A DNA stretch of 12,555 bases from Pseudobacteriovorax sp. (GTDB lineage Bacteria > Bdellovibrionota_B > Oligoflexia > Oligoflexales > Oligoflexaceae), in contig JBNKNM010000012.1 of NCBI GenBank assembly GCA_050293845.1, positions 1-12,555 of the forward strand, written 5' to 3'. Positions 1 to 6,866 of the stretch are shown in pieces (the first letter of the stretch is position 1; every line of letters starts with the position of its first letter). The translations under genes and the position numbers were made by a program. A model generated the notes under the pieces. That model did not search any database, was not told the DNA's origin, and saw nothing but the letters and a program-made list of their open reading frames with translations.

Positions 1-77
1 ATAAAAATAACGATTGGCAAAAACATGAAGAAGTCTGAAACCGACTCGATACGAAAATCATCACTGGTAAACATCAT
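1..77 (-). CDS. 5' end of a probable gene truncated by the window edge, possibly a membrane protein
   Basis: Minus strand reads ATG ATG TTT ACC... = MMFTSDDFRIESVSDFFMFLPIVIF, open to position 1 and becoming hydrophobic. Purine-rich GGGATTCATAGG lies before the ATGs (77/74) and a sigma70-like promoter sits at 141-113. Confidence 0.4.
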   Translation of the reverse strand, partial: MMFTSDDFRIESVSDFFMFLPIVIF

Positions 78-112
78 CCTATGAATCCCTTTCAGCAAGA
101 ATTAGCTGCGCT

Positions 113-141
113 ATAGTATACAAGCGAAACATATCTGGCAA
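113..141 (-). promoter_or_regulatory. sigma70-like promoter for the edge gene
   Basis: Minus strand TTGCCA (141-136), 17-nt spacer, TACTAT (118-113), about 35 nt upstream of the ATG at 77. Confidence 0.45.
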
Positions 142-196
142 GTATAGCATGAGCCTAAGTGGTAATTGATTCTAGATGTGACAAATAGGCTTAGCT

Positions 197-1555
197 TCAT
201 TGTATAGTAAAGCTTTGACTCCTGATAATCCAAGTAGGAAAGCTGTTGATGCGATCGAAGGTACTGGCGACGACTTTCCCTGTGTAAGACTGACTGTTAT
301 CTAACAAGGTTTCGGGAATGGTGAATGTATCGGTGGTCCCGGGAATAGATTCTGAAGAATAAACCTTAATACTGGAGGCATCATAGATACTTAGAGACCA
401 TATATAGTTTTCTTCACTTCCAAAAGGTGTTCCGGATTTGGTGACAACCCGGCTTGAACTGTCGTAGCTACCAACAAACGCCCCGGTAATAAGAGCTGGG
501 AATGTGTAGGCAAAAGACAGTACTTTTTTATCGGAATGGGTAAGCTGAAAAAAAACTACTTGATTCGCTTTTGGATTTGCTCCGTCTGTCAGTACCACCT
601 TGCGGGCAAACACATAGTCGTTTTCGGCCCCATCCTCACTTAAGCCATCATCAAGCAAACTATAGTCCCAAGCAGCGGTAGATGTCTGCCCTGTTTCTAG
701 ATCGACATTGGCCACTAGGGAGTCATTGAGTAACACAGAGGCTCCCTTGATGGTAATACTTACGATGTCGGCATTGTCTTCGATTTTTGCCGTAAATAGC
801 AGCTCCGCATTAAGGCTACTATCAGCTTGAACCTGCTGAGCCACTTGTACTGATAGAAACTCAATGCCAGATTTGAAATATAGATCGCCCGTTTCTTGGG
901 TGAGGTCCAAAATCCCATCACCATTGGCATCTGTGTCAAAGGGATCTAGAATATTGTCGCCATCGTCATCGCTATCGAACCAATTAGCAATACCGTCTCC
1001 ATCTAAATCTGAGTCGAGTTCATTTTGCAGACCATCATTATCTGAGTCTTCCAGCTGCAGATTTTGAGTTTCCAAACCATCAGGAATCAGGTCTCCATCG
1101 GAATCACCTGCTACATTGTTGGTCCACGAAATCCCAGATAACTCGGAAAACTTTAAAATGGGGCCTTGGTGAACCACCGAAGGTAAACTCAGATCTGAGG
1201 TTGTAAAATATTGAAATACGGTGCCCTCTATGTCACCTGGGGCCGAAAGAACTGCTGACAAGCGATACTGAGGATCTAACAGAACTAAAGTCTGTGGCTG
1301 GTTTACCTTGACGTTGTCAATAGAGTAGTTTCCTAAAGCTCCCAAGACTCCTACATGGGACACTCCAGTGTCCCTCTCAACAAAAGCCACAACCCAGCTT
1401 GCCATTTCTGCTTGGCTACCTGCAGAACTTTTCAAGACCCCTGTGACCTTTTCACCAGAACTGGATGAGCCCCCTCCCCCATCGCCATCCGTACCGCGAC
1501 AGCTACCCAAAAGGCAGCCGATGCTCAGTAATAGAACTTGGATACTTTGTCTCAT
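197..1555 (-). CDS. Predicted lipoprotein with thrombospondin-type-3-like (DxDxDG) Ca2+-binding repeats and beta-rich domains
   Basis: ORF track start is 1609, but the ATG at 1555 follows GAGAAGGG and gives a signal peptide II, MRQSIQVLLLSIGCLLGS/C, then a Gly/Ser tether (GTDGDGGGGSSSSG). Central acidic repeats; LLDDGLSEDGAENDYVF motif near 610-660. Confidence 0.75.
   Translation of the reverse strand: MRQSIQVLLLSIGCLLGSCRGTDGDGGGGSSSSGEKVTGVLKSSAGSQAEMASWVVAFVERDTGVSHVGVLGALGNYSIDNVKVNQPQTLVLLDPQYRLSAVLSAPGDIEGTVFQYFTTSDLSLPSVVHQGPILKFSELSGISWTNNVAGDSDGDLIPDGLETQNLQLEDSDNDGLQNELDSDLDGDGIANWFDSDDDGDNILDPFDTDANGDGILDLTQETGDLYFKSGIEFLSVQVAQQVQADSSLNAELLFTAKIEDNADIVSITIKGASVLLNDSLVANVDLETGQTSTAAWDYSLLDDGLSEDGAENDYVFARKVVLTDGANPKANQVVFFQLTHSDKKVLSFAYTFPALITGAFVGSYDSSSRVVTKSGTPFGSEENYIWSLSIYDASSIKVYSSESIPGTTDTFTIPETLLDNSQSYTGKVVASTFDRINSFPTWIIRSQSFTIQ
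905..1048 (-). repeat. Four tandem 13-aa (39-nt) acidic repeats within the lipoprotein
   Basis: DSDNDGLQNELDS / DLDGDGIANWFDS / DDDGDNILDPFDT / DANGDGILD, plus an isolated copy DSDGDLIPD starting at 1105. Confidence 0.85.
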
Positions 1556-1621
1556 TTCCAACCCTTCTCGAGAACTTCTGCAATACCTTCGGAATTTATA
1601 GTGGGACATTTAGGGCTTATA

Positions 1622-1650
1622 TTGACGGCGGTAAAAAATACTCCTAAAGT
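1622..1650 (+). promoter_or_regulatory. sigma70-like promoter for the RNHCP gene
   Basis: TTGACG (1622-1627), 17-nt spacer, TAAAGT (1645-1650). Shine-Dalgarno AGGAG at 1667-1671 before ATG 1677. Confidence 0.6.
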
Positions 1651-1676
1651 CCCTTCGCGAGGAGATAGGAGTTTCT

Positions 1677-2006
1677 ATGAGCACAAAAAACTTTACTAAG
1701 ATTAATGAAGCTTTCACTTGTGAACACTGTACGAAAGTGGTTCCAAAGGCGAAGTCAACTTGCCGCAATCACTGCCCTTTCTGCCTCTACTCGAAGCACG
1801 TAGATCACATGCCCGGCGACAGAGCCAATCAGTGCCAGGGCCTTTTGGAGCCTATCAGTTATGACATTCACCCCAAAAAGGGCCTTATGATACTATTTTC
1901 ATGCCAAAAATGCGGATCAAAAACCCGTAATATTGCCATAACTGATGATCCCATCGCCGGTGACAACTACGACCTTATTCTAAGTTTAAACCCTACTAAG
2001 ATCTGA
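1677..2006 (+). CDS. RNHCP domain protein (Cys/His-rich, probable zinc binding)
   Basis: Family signature FTCEHC...CRNHCPFCLYSKHVD..PGDRANQCQGLLEP...CQKCG; strong RBS. Confidence 0.92.
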   Translation: MSTKNFTKINEAFTCEHCTKVVPKAKSTCRNHCPFCLYSKHVDHMPGDRANQCQGLLEPISYDIHPKKGLMILFSCQKCGSKTRNIAITDDPIAGDNYDLILSLNPTKI

Positions 2007-2065
2007 GAAAGGGTGTTAGAGGATCTTGATGAGGACATTTTTCTCGTCCTAAAATGAATGCCCCA

Positions 2066-2094
2066 TTGACATCCCCTTAGAAACACTTTAAAAA
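2066..2094 (+). promoter_or_regulatory. Probable rnpB promoter
   Basis: Perfect TTGACA (2066-2071), 17-nt spacer, imperfect -10 TAAAAA (2089-2094). Predicted +1 near 2101 coincides with the start of the RNA's terminal helix. Confidence 0.55.
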
Positions 2095-2100
2095 GCTAGC

Positions 2101-2498
2101 CCAGGTGAAGCTAGAACTATGTAACGTTGGGCTATCGCAGTGAATTTCATTGAGGAAAGTCCGGACTTCGCAGGGTAGGATGCTGGCTAACGGCCAGGCA
2201 AGGAAACTTGACGGCAAGTGCAACAGAAAGCAAACCGCCACTTAACGGTGGTAAGGGTGAAACGGTGAGGTAAGAGCTCACCAGCAGCTTTGGTAACAGG
2301 CTGGCTAGGTAAACCCCATCCGAAGCAAGGCCAAGCAAAGGGCGTAACGTTCTGCGTTACAGTGCTAACCCGGCATCCCTTGGGTAGGCCGCAAGGAAGT
2401 AGTTGGCAACAACTGCTCGAGATTAATGGTAGCCTCCGTACTGCGGTACGTGACAGAATCCGGCTTATAGACAGTGCTAACGTTCTAGCTTCACTTGG
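2101..2498 (+). ncRNA. rnpB: RNase P RNA, bacterial type A
   Basis: Conserved GAGGAAAGTCCGG (2152-2164), AAGTGCAACAGAAAG, GGGTGAAACGG, GGTAAACCCC..GAAGCAAGGCC and ACAGAATCCGGCTTA. P2 GGCTATC (2130-2136)/GGTAGCC (2428-2434); P13 GGTGAG..CTCACC; P14; P18 AGTAGTTG-GCAA-CAACTGCT; P19 CGTAC-TGCG-GTACG; terminal helix 2101-2117 with 2482-2498, then a T run. Mature ends uncertain. Confidence 0.97.
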
Positions 2499-2525
2499 TT
2501 TTTCTAAGACAATACCGAGAAGTCC

Positions 2526-3233
2526 ATGCCCATTAGAATTCAAGATCCTTTTCACGATCCCACTACAAACCTCAGGGAGGAAGTCAATCCCTTTGTGAAA
2601 AAGCTAAAACAGGGATCAGCAGATGGGAGCCTTCCGATTCTTTACGGCCCCTATTTACAGAATGTGAAAGGTGGCTGGAAGCAAAAATTCGCTGAAAAGT
2701 CTCCATCACACCCCCGCGCTCTAGTATTAGAAATCGGTTCCCATAAGGGCGATGTTCTTAGCTCTATGGCTAGTCAGCACCCTCAAACTGGGTTTATCGG
2801 GATGGATATCACCTTTAAGCGTGTGGTTTCGTTAGCAGAAAAGGCTGTCAATGACTCGTTACCTAATATAATCTCGGTACTATGTAACGCTCAGGCTATT
2901 TCACAGATTTTTGGGCCAGGGGAGCTTGATGGTGTTATTATTTTTTTTCCAGATCCCTGGGCTAATAAGAAACGCCAGCAAAAAAACCGCCTCCTAAATC
3001 AGGAGTTCTTACAAAACCTCCATAAAGTTTTAAAGCCAGGAGGATCTCTGTGGTTTAAAACGGATCATCGTCCCTATTTCGAAGAAGTCTCGCAAATCGC
3101 AGATCAGGTACTTACGGCAAACTATCAAGCTAAAGGTCTGTTTTCAGAGGTTTATATCTCACACTTCGAAAAGCAGTTTAAGGAGCGAGGGCTTCCCACT
3201 TATGAGGCTTACTGGTCTAAGCAGCAATTATAG
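2526..3233 (+). CDS. trmB: tRNA (guanine46-N7)-methyltransferase
   Basis: SAM motif VLEIGSHKG, FFPDPWANKKRQQKNRLL, LKPGGSLWFKTDHRPY, SHFEKQF. Confidence 0.93.
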   Translation: MPIRIQDPFHDPTTNLREEVNPFVKKLKQGSADGSLPILYGPYLQNVKGGWKQKFAEKSPSHPRALVLEIGSHKGDVLSSMASQHPQTGFIGMDITFKRVVSLAEKAVNDSLPNIISVLCNAQAISQIFGPGELDGVIIFFPDPWANKKRQQKNRLLNQEFLQNLHKVLKPGGSLWFKTDHRPYFEEVSQIADQVLTANYQAKGLFSEVYISHFEKQFKERGLPTYEAYWSKQQL

Positions 3234-3307
3234 AGGCGCTGGGTAATTATTTTCTTAAAGATCATAGGGTAAATGACCGAGATATTAAAAGAAATTAATT
3301 TGGAAGG

Positions 3308-3589
3308 ATGCTCGTGACCTCCGATGATATTCAAAATGCTAATATTATTAGGATTTCTTCTAAGGACAGCAGCAAAAACAATCGACTTAAACCTACTGAA
3401 GTTGAGCACTTTGCTAAAAGTCTGCTGAATTTTGAAACAAAATTCGATAATTTTAATAGAAGTGATCTTAGATGCCAAGTTGCCAGTCTTGAAGATTTGC
3501 AGGTTGGTCATACATTAAAGCTCTACTCAAAAAAGCCAGCAGGCTTAGAGAAAGGTAAAGTGGTTCGGATTAAAAAGTGCGAGGGGTAA
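3308..3589 (+). CDS. Small hypothetical protein (93 aa), start uncertain
   Basis: Fills the gap between trmB and ybeY on the same strand, stopping 10 nt before the ybeY start. Soluble composition, no recognisable motif. Confidence 0.5.
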   Translation: MLVTSDDIQNANIIRISSKDSSKNNRLKPTEVEHFAKSLLNFETKFDNFNRSDLRCQVASLEDLQVGHTLKLYSKKPAGLEKGKVVRIKKCEG

Positions 3590-3599
3590 AGCAAACATC

Positions 3600-4127
3600 T
3601 TGGAACCTGACAGTAGTACGACAGCGTTTAGTTTCAACAACACAGAATATCTCGTTTATCTAGAGCAAGTTTTTAAGATTGCTAATAGAATCCAAAGCCT
3701 TCTCGGAGTGGACGCGTTTGAGCTTTCGATAGATTTTGTGAGCGAGGAGCAGATAAAAGCACTCAATACCACATACCGGCATAGGAATTCGTCTACCGAC
3801 ATTCTATCCTTTCCTCAGCAGATGTGGGATTACCCCCTAACAGTACAACTACCTTATTCATCAACAACCCAGCAAGAAATCCCTCAGCTTTTGGGAGACT
3901 TGGTTATTTCGTTATCTGACGCCCATAAAAATTCTCAGCAAATTGGGCAGGGTTTAGACCGTGAACTGTGCTTTCTTTTAATCCATGGCATTCTGCACCT
4001 CTGTGGTCATGACCATGTTACACCCCAAGAGGAGTCCATTATGTTGGAGCAGCAACAAATCATACTAACGCAACTTCAGGGAGACCCCCCCCCGATCTGG
4101 GAAAATTGTGTGAGGTCAAAGTCTTAA
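3600..4127 (+). CDS. ybeY: rRNA maturation endoribonuclease YbeY
   Basis: LNTTYRHRNSSTDILSFP, LLGDLVIS and the zinc motif IHGILHLCGHDH. TTG start preceded by GAGGGG. Confidence 0.95.
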   Translation: MEPDSSTTAFSFNNTEYLVYLEQVFKIANRIQSLLGVDAFELSIDFVSEEQIKALNTTYRHRNSSTDILSFPQQMWDYPLTVQLPYSSTTQQEIPQLLGDLVISLSDAHKNSQQIGQGLDRELCFLLIHGILHLCGHDHVTPQEESIMLEQQQIILTQLQGDPPPIWENCVRSKS

Positions 4128-4130
4128 ATC

Positions 4131-5432
4131 ATGAGCTATATACACCCTGACGACTACTCAAGTTTTGTAATTATTGGTATCTGCTTGGTCGTTTCTGCAT
4201 TTTTTTCAGCCTCTGAAACAGCTATTACGTCTCTAGGCGCTTTAAAAGCAAGGCATCTCTTAGATCAAAAAGGAAAAGCCGTCCGTCAGTTGAACCTATG
4301 GTTAAAGCACCCATCCCGAGTCCTAACTACCATACTCATTTTTAACAATCTATTTAACATATTGGCATCAGCTATCACAACAGACCTAGCCAGTCGCTAT
4401 TTTCAGAGTCAGGCTATTGGTATCGCTACCGGGGCGATTACCTTGCTCGTACTTATCTTCGGAGAAATCGTGCCAAAGTCTTTCGCACGAGCCAATTCAG
4501 AGAAACTCGCCATCATTTCGATGGCTGTCATTAGCGCTATTTACAAACTTTTTTTTCCAATCATTTGGGCATTCTCGGAATTAGCAAATGCTTTTATAAA
4601 AGTTCTGGGTAGCGAACAATCCCTGCAGCCTGCGATCACCGAAGAAGAGCTTGAGTTTCTTATTGAAGTTGGTGAGAAGGCTGGGGTTTTAGAAGACACA
4701 AAGAAAAACATGATCAGCGGTGTTTTTGACTTTGATGAAACAAAAGTCAGGGAAATCATGACACCGCGAACCGATATCATAGCAGTGGAAAAACAAGAGT
4801 CCATTGAAAATACGGTAAAGTTGACTATCCAGACGGGGCATTCACGTCTACCAGTCTATGAGGATCGCATCGATAATATCATGGGAGTCGTTTTCGCAAA
4901 GGACCTCCTTCGACTTTTAGCAGATCATAGAGACAGCAACTCCATAGAGTTGTCACAGATCATGCGCGAGCCTTTATTTGTACCAGAAAGCAAGCAGCTC
5001 ATGGAGGTTTTCAAAGATCTAAAGCGCACTAAGAACCACATGGCTATTATTATTGATGAGTATGGCGGAACTGCCGGCATCGTTACTATGGAAGATATTC
5101 TTGAAGAAATTGTCGGAGATATTCAAGATGAGTTCGATGCTGAGGAGGCAGAAATTTTGCGTATTGAAGATAATGTATTTGATGTATCAGGATCAGTAAA
5201 TATTAGCGATTTTGTTGAATATTTCGACCTAGATCAGTCTTTCGAGGAAGGAGCTGAAGGTGATGCTGATACAATTGCGGGGTGGATGACCCAATTGCTC
5301 GGAAGCCTTCCTGAAGTTGGTCAAACAATGACTTACGGCGCCCTAACAATAGAAGTTACAGAAGTTGACCGGCACCGCATCGGGAGGCTTCGGGTCACCA
5401 GAAACCCATTACCCGTACTAGGAGAGGGTTGA
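4131..5432 (+). CDS. CNNM/DUF21 - CBS pair - CorC_HlyC membrane protein (hemolysin/CorB-like Mg2+ transport family)
   Basis: SAFFSASETA, LIFGEIVPKS, VREIMTPRTDI, HSRLPVY, IIDEYGGTAGIVTMEDILEEIVGDIQDEFD, DTIAGW. Starts 3 nt after ybeY, a common linkage. Confidence 0.93.
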   Translation: MSYIHPDDYSSFVIIGICLVVSAFFSASETAITSLGALKARHLLDQKGKAVRQLNLWLKHPSRVLTTILIFNNLFNILASAITTDLASRYFQSQAIGIATGAITLLVLIFGEIVPKSFARANSEKLAIISMAVISAIYKLFFPIIWAFSELANAFIKVLGSEQSLQPAITEEELEFLIEVGEKAGVLEDTKKNMISGVFDFDETKVREIMTPRTDIIAVEKQESIENTVKLTIQTGHSRLPVYEDRIDNIMGVVFAKDLLRLLADHRDSNSIELSQIMREPLFVPESKQLMEVFKDLKRTKNHMAIIIDEYGGTAGIVTMEDILEEIVGDIQDEFDAEEAEILRIEDNVFDVSGSVNISDFVEYFDLDQSFEEGAEGDADTIAGWMTQLLGSLPEVGQTMTYGALTIEVTEVDRHRIGRLRVTRNPLPVLGEG

Positions 5433-6404
5433 CCGAAGGCGATCGACTCGCATAGCAGCATTTTCTAGCCTTTTTCTAAATGCAGGTGAAGAGGTAGCCT
5501 GCTGCCTGATCCCCTTTAGAGCTAGACGACAACGCTCAAGGCCCTGGCATACCAACACTAAGTCAGCACCAGATACGATGGCTTGGCAAAGGGATTCCAC
5601 CCAGCCCTGCTCGTCTTGGGGTAATGCTTTCATGTTCATATCATCAGTTACAATGACTCCGTCATATTCCAGCTTTCCCCGTAATAGATCCTCCATAATT
5701 TTCACAGATAGACTGGCAGGAAACTTGTCAATAGAACTATAGATGGCATGGGATACCATGATCATATGCGTGTCAGGAAGAAGCCTGATGAAGGGCTCCA
5801 TCTCTCTTTCCCAAAGGTTCTCCAAGGGTAAATCAATACGGGTCCCTGAAAGGTGAGTATCTTCTGCGGCATCACCCTGGCCAGGAAAATGTTTTGTGCA
5901 GCCGATAACTCGCGATGCCTGCATGCCTCTGAGAAACTCCCTTGACCTTTTAGCTACTTCAAACTCATTATCTGAAAAAGATCGATCACCGATGGCAACA
6001 TTCTGGGGGTTAGAATAGACGTCACAAACAGGAGCAAAGTTAACATTAATACCCAGCCCCAACAGACAAGAACCCACTACAAAGCCATAGTTGAAAATAA
6101 GGTGCTGGGATTTATTTTCAGAATCGATGGACAGCGGCGGTCCTAAATTAGGGAAGGGGTGTGGTAAACGACTTACTCTCCCACCTTCTTGATCAATAGC
6201 AACGATAGCTTTCTTCCTTCTGCCAAGAAGGTCCTGTAGTTGCTGAGAGTTTTTGCTGAGATCAGCAAAAGATCTGGGAATATTGCGCTTAAACAGTGTC
6301 ACCCCAGCAGGTTGTTCCTTCTGGAAGAAATCAATCTCCCTAGGAGACAGCTGCTCTCCATCAATAGCGGCCAATAGCACCGCGCTGGCTGCATCTCCTA
6401 TCAT
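5418..6404 (-). CDS. nagZ: Beta-N-acetylhexosaminidase, single-domain GH3 (NagZ-like)
   Basis: GVTLFKRN, IDQEGGRVSRL, GINVNFAPVCD, IGDRSF, KHFPGQG...EDTH, MVSH, VTDDMNM (nucleophile Asp). No signal peptide. Confidence 0.88.
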   Translation of the reverse strand: MIGDAASAVLLAAIDGEQLSPREIDFFQKEQPAGVTLFKRNIPRSFADLSKNSQQLQDLLGRRKKAIVAIDQEGGRVSRLPHPFPNLGPPLSIDSENKSQHLIFNYGFVVGSCLLGLGINVNFAPVCDVYSNPQNVAIGDRSFSDNEFEVAKRSREFLRGMQASRVIGCTKHFPGQGDAAEDTHLSGTRIDLPLENLWEREMEPFIRLLPDTHMIMVSHAIYSSIDKFPASLSVKIMEDLLRGKLEYDGVIVTDDMNMKALPQDEQGWVESLCQAIVSGADLVLVCQGLERCRLALKGIRQQATSSPAFRKRLENAAMRVDRLRSTLS

Positions 6405-6412
6405 AGGTGAAT

Positions 6413-6667
6413 TTACTCATCAATAATCTGAAGTATATACCTACGATTCAATTTCGCTGCAGCACAGTTTAAGATTGTACGGATTGCGTCTGCTGTTCGT
6501 CCTTGTCGTCCAATGACCTTTCCAATATCCTCTTTAGCTACTTTCAGCTCAATAATATTGGTCTGGTTTCCAGTAATCTCGCTGATTTCTATCCGATCAA
6601 CTTCGTCAACAAGTGCCTTCGCAACAAACTCAACCAACTCTTTCATGGAACCATCTTCGTTCGACAT
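6413..6667 (-). CDS. khpA: KH-domain RNA-binding protein, KhpA/YlqC family
   Basis: MKELVEFVAKALVD...LKVAKEDIGKVIGRQGRTADAIRTIL with the GxxG loop. Start may be 6676, 6667 or 6646. Confidence 0.9.
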   Translation of the reverse strand: MSNEDGSMKELVEFVAKALVDEVDRIEISEITGNQTNIIELKVAKEDIGKVIGRQGRTADAIRTILNCAAAKLNRRYILQIIDE

Positions 6668-6749
6668 ATCTATCATCCGTTATTAAGATCAGTTTCAGCA
6701 ATCAAGAAGCCACTCAAAAGTAGACTATCCGCTTCATAATAATATTACC

Positions 6750-6778
6750 GAAATATGTACCGTATGAAAAGCTGTCAA
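6750..6778 (-). promoter_or_regulatory. Possible sigma70 promoter for khpA-nagZ
   Basis: Perfect TTGACA (6778-6773) with a weak -10 (TATTTC at 17-nt spacing). Confidence 0.35.
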
Positions 6779-6866
6779 GTTAAGTGGGCAGCACATTTTT
6801 CAAATTTTTCAAGAAAATTCCACGACCTTCTATCATTAAAGATATTAACTAATTGATTTTACAGAA

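Noticed and set aside
152..191. AGCCTA...TAGGCT inverted repeat after the lipoprotein stop, as a terminator
   Set aside because: Only a 6-bp stem with a loop of about 28 nt and no U tract.
1556..1609. Upstream ATG 1609 for the lipoprotein
   Set aside because: The ATG at 1555 has an RBS-like element and gives a normal-length signal peptide II.
864..1647. Short plus-strand ORFs 864-1067, 1368-1601 and 1465-1647
   Set aside because: Antisense shadows of the lipoprotein gene.
2147..2598. ORFs 2147-2338 (-), 2187-2555 (-) and 2290-2598 (+)
   Set aside because: They overlap the RNase P RNA and are typical spurious translations of rnpB.
3209..3511. 100-aa minus-strand ORF
   Set aside because: Antisense to a plus-strand operon, overlaps the trmB end, no motif.
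5418..5432. 15-nt 3' overlap of the convergent CNNM and nagZ genes
   Set aside because: Short convergent overlaps are common and both proteins appear complete.
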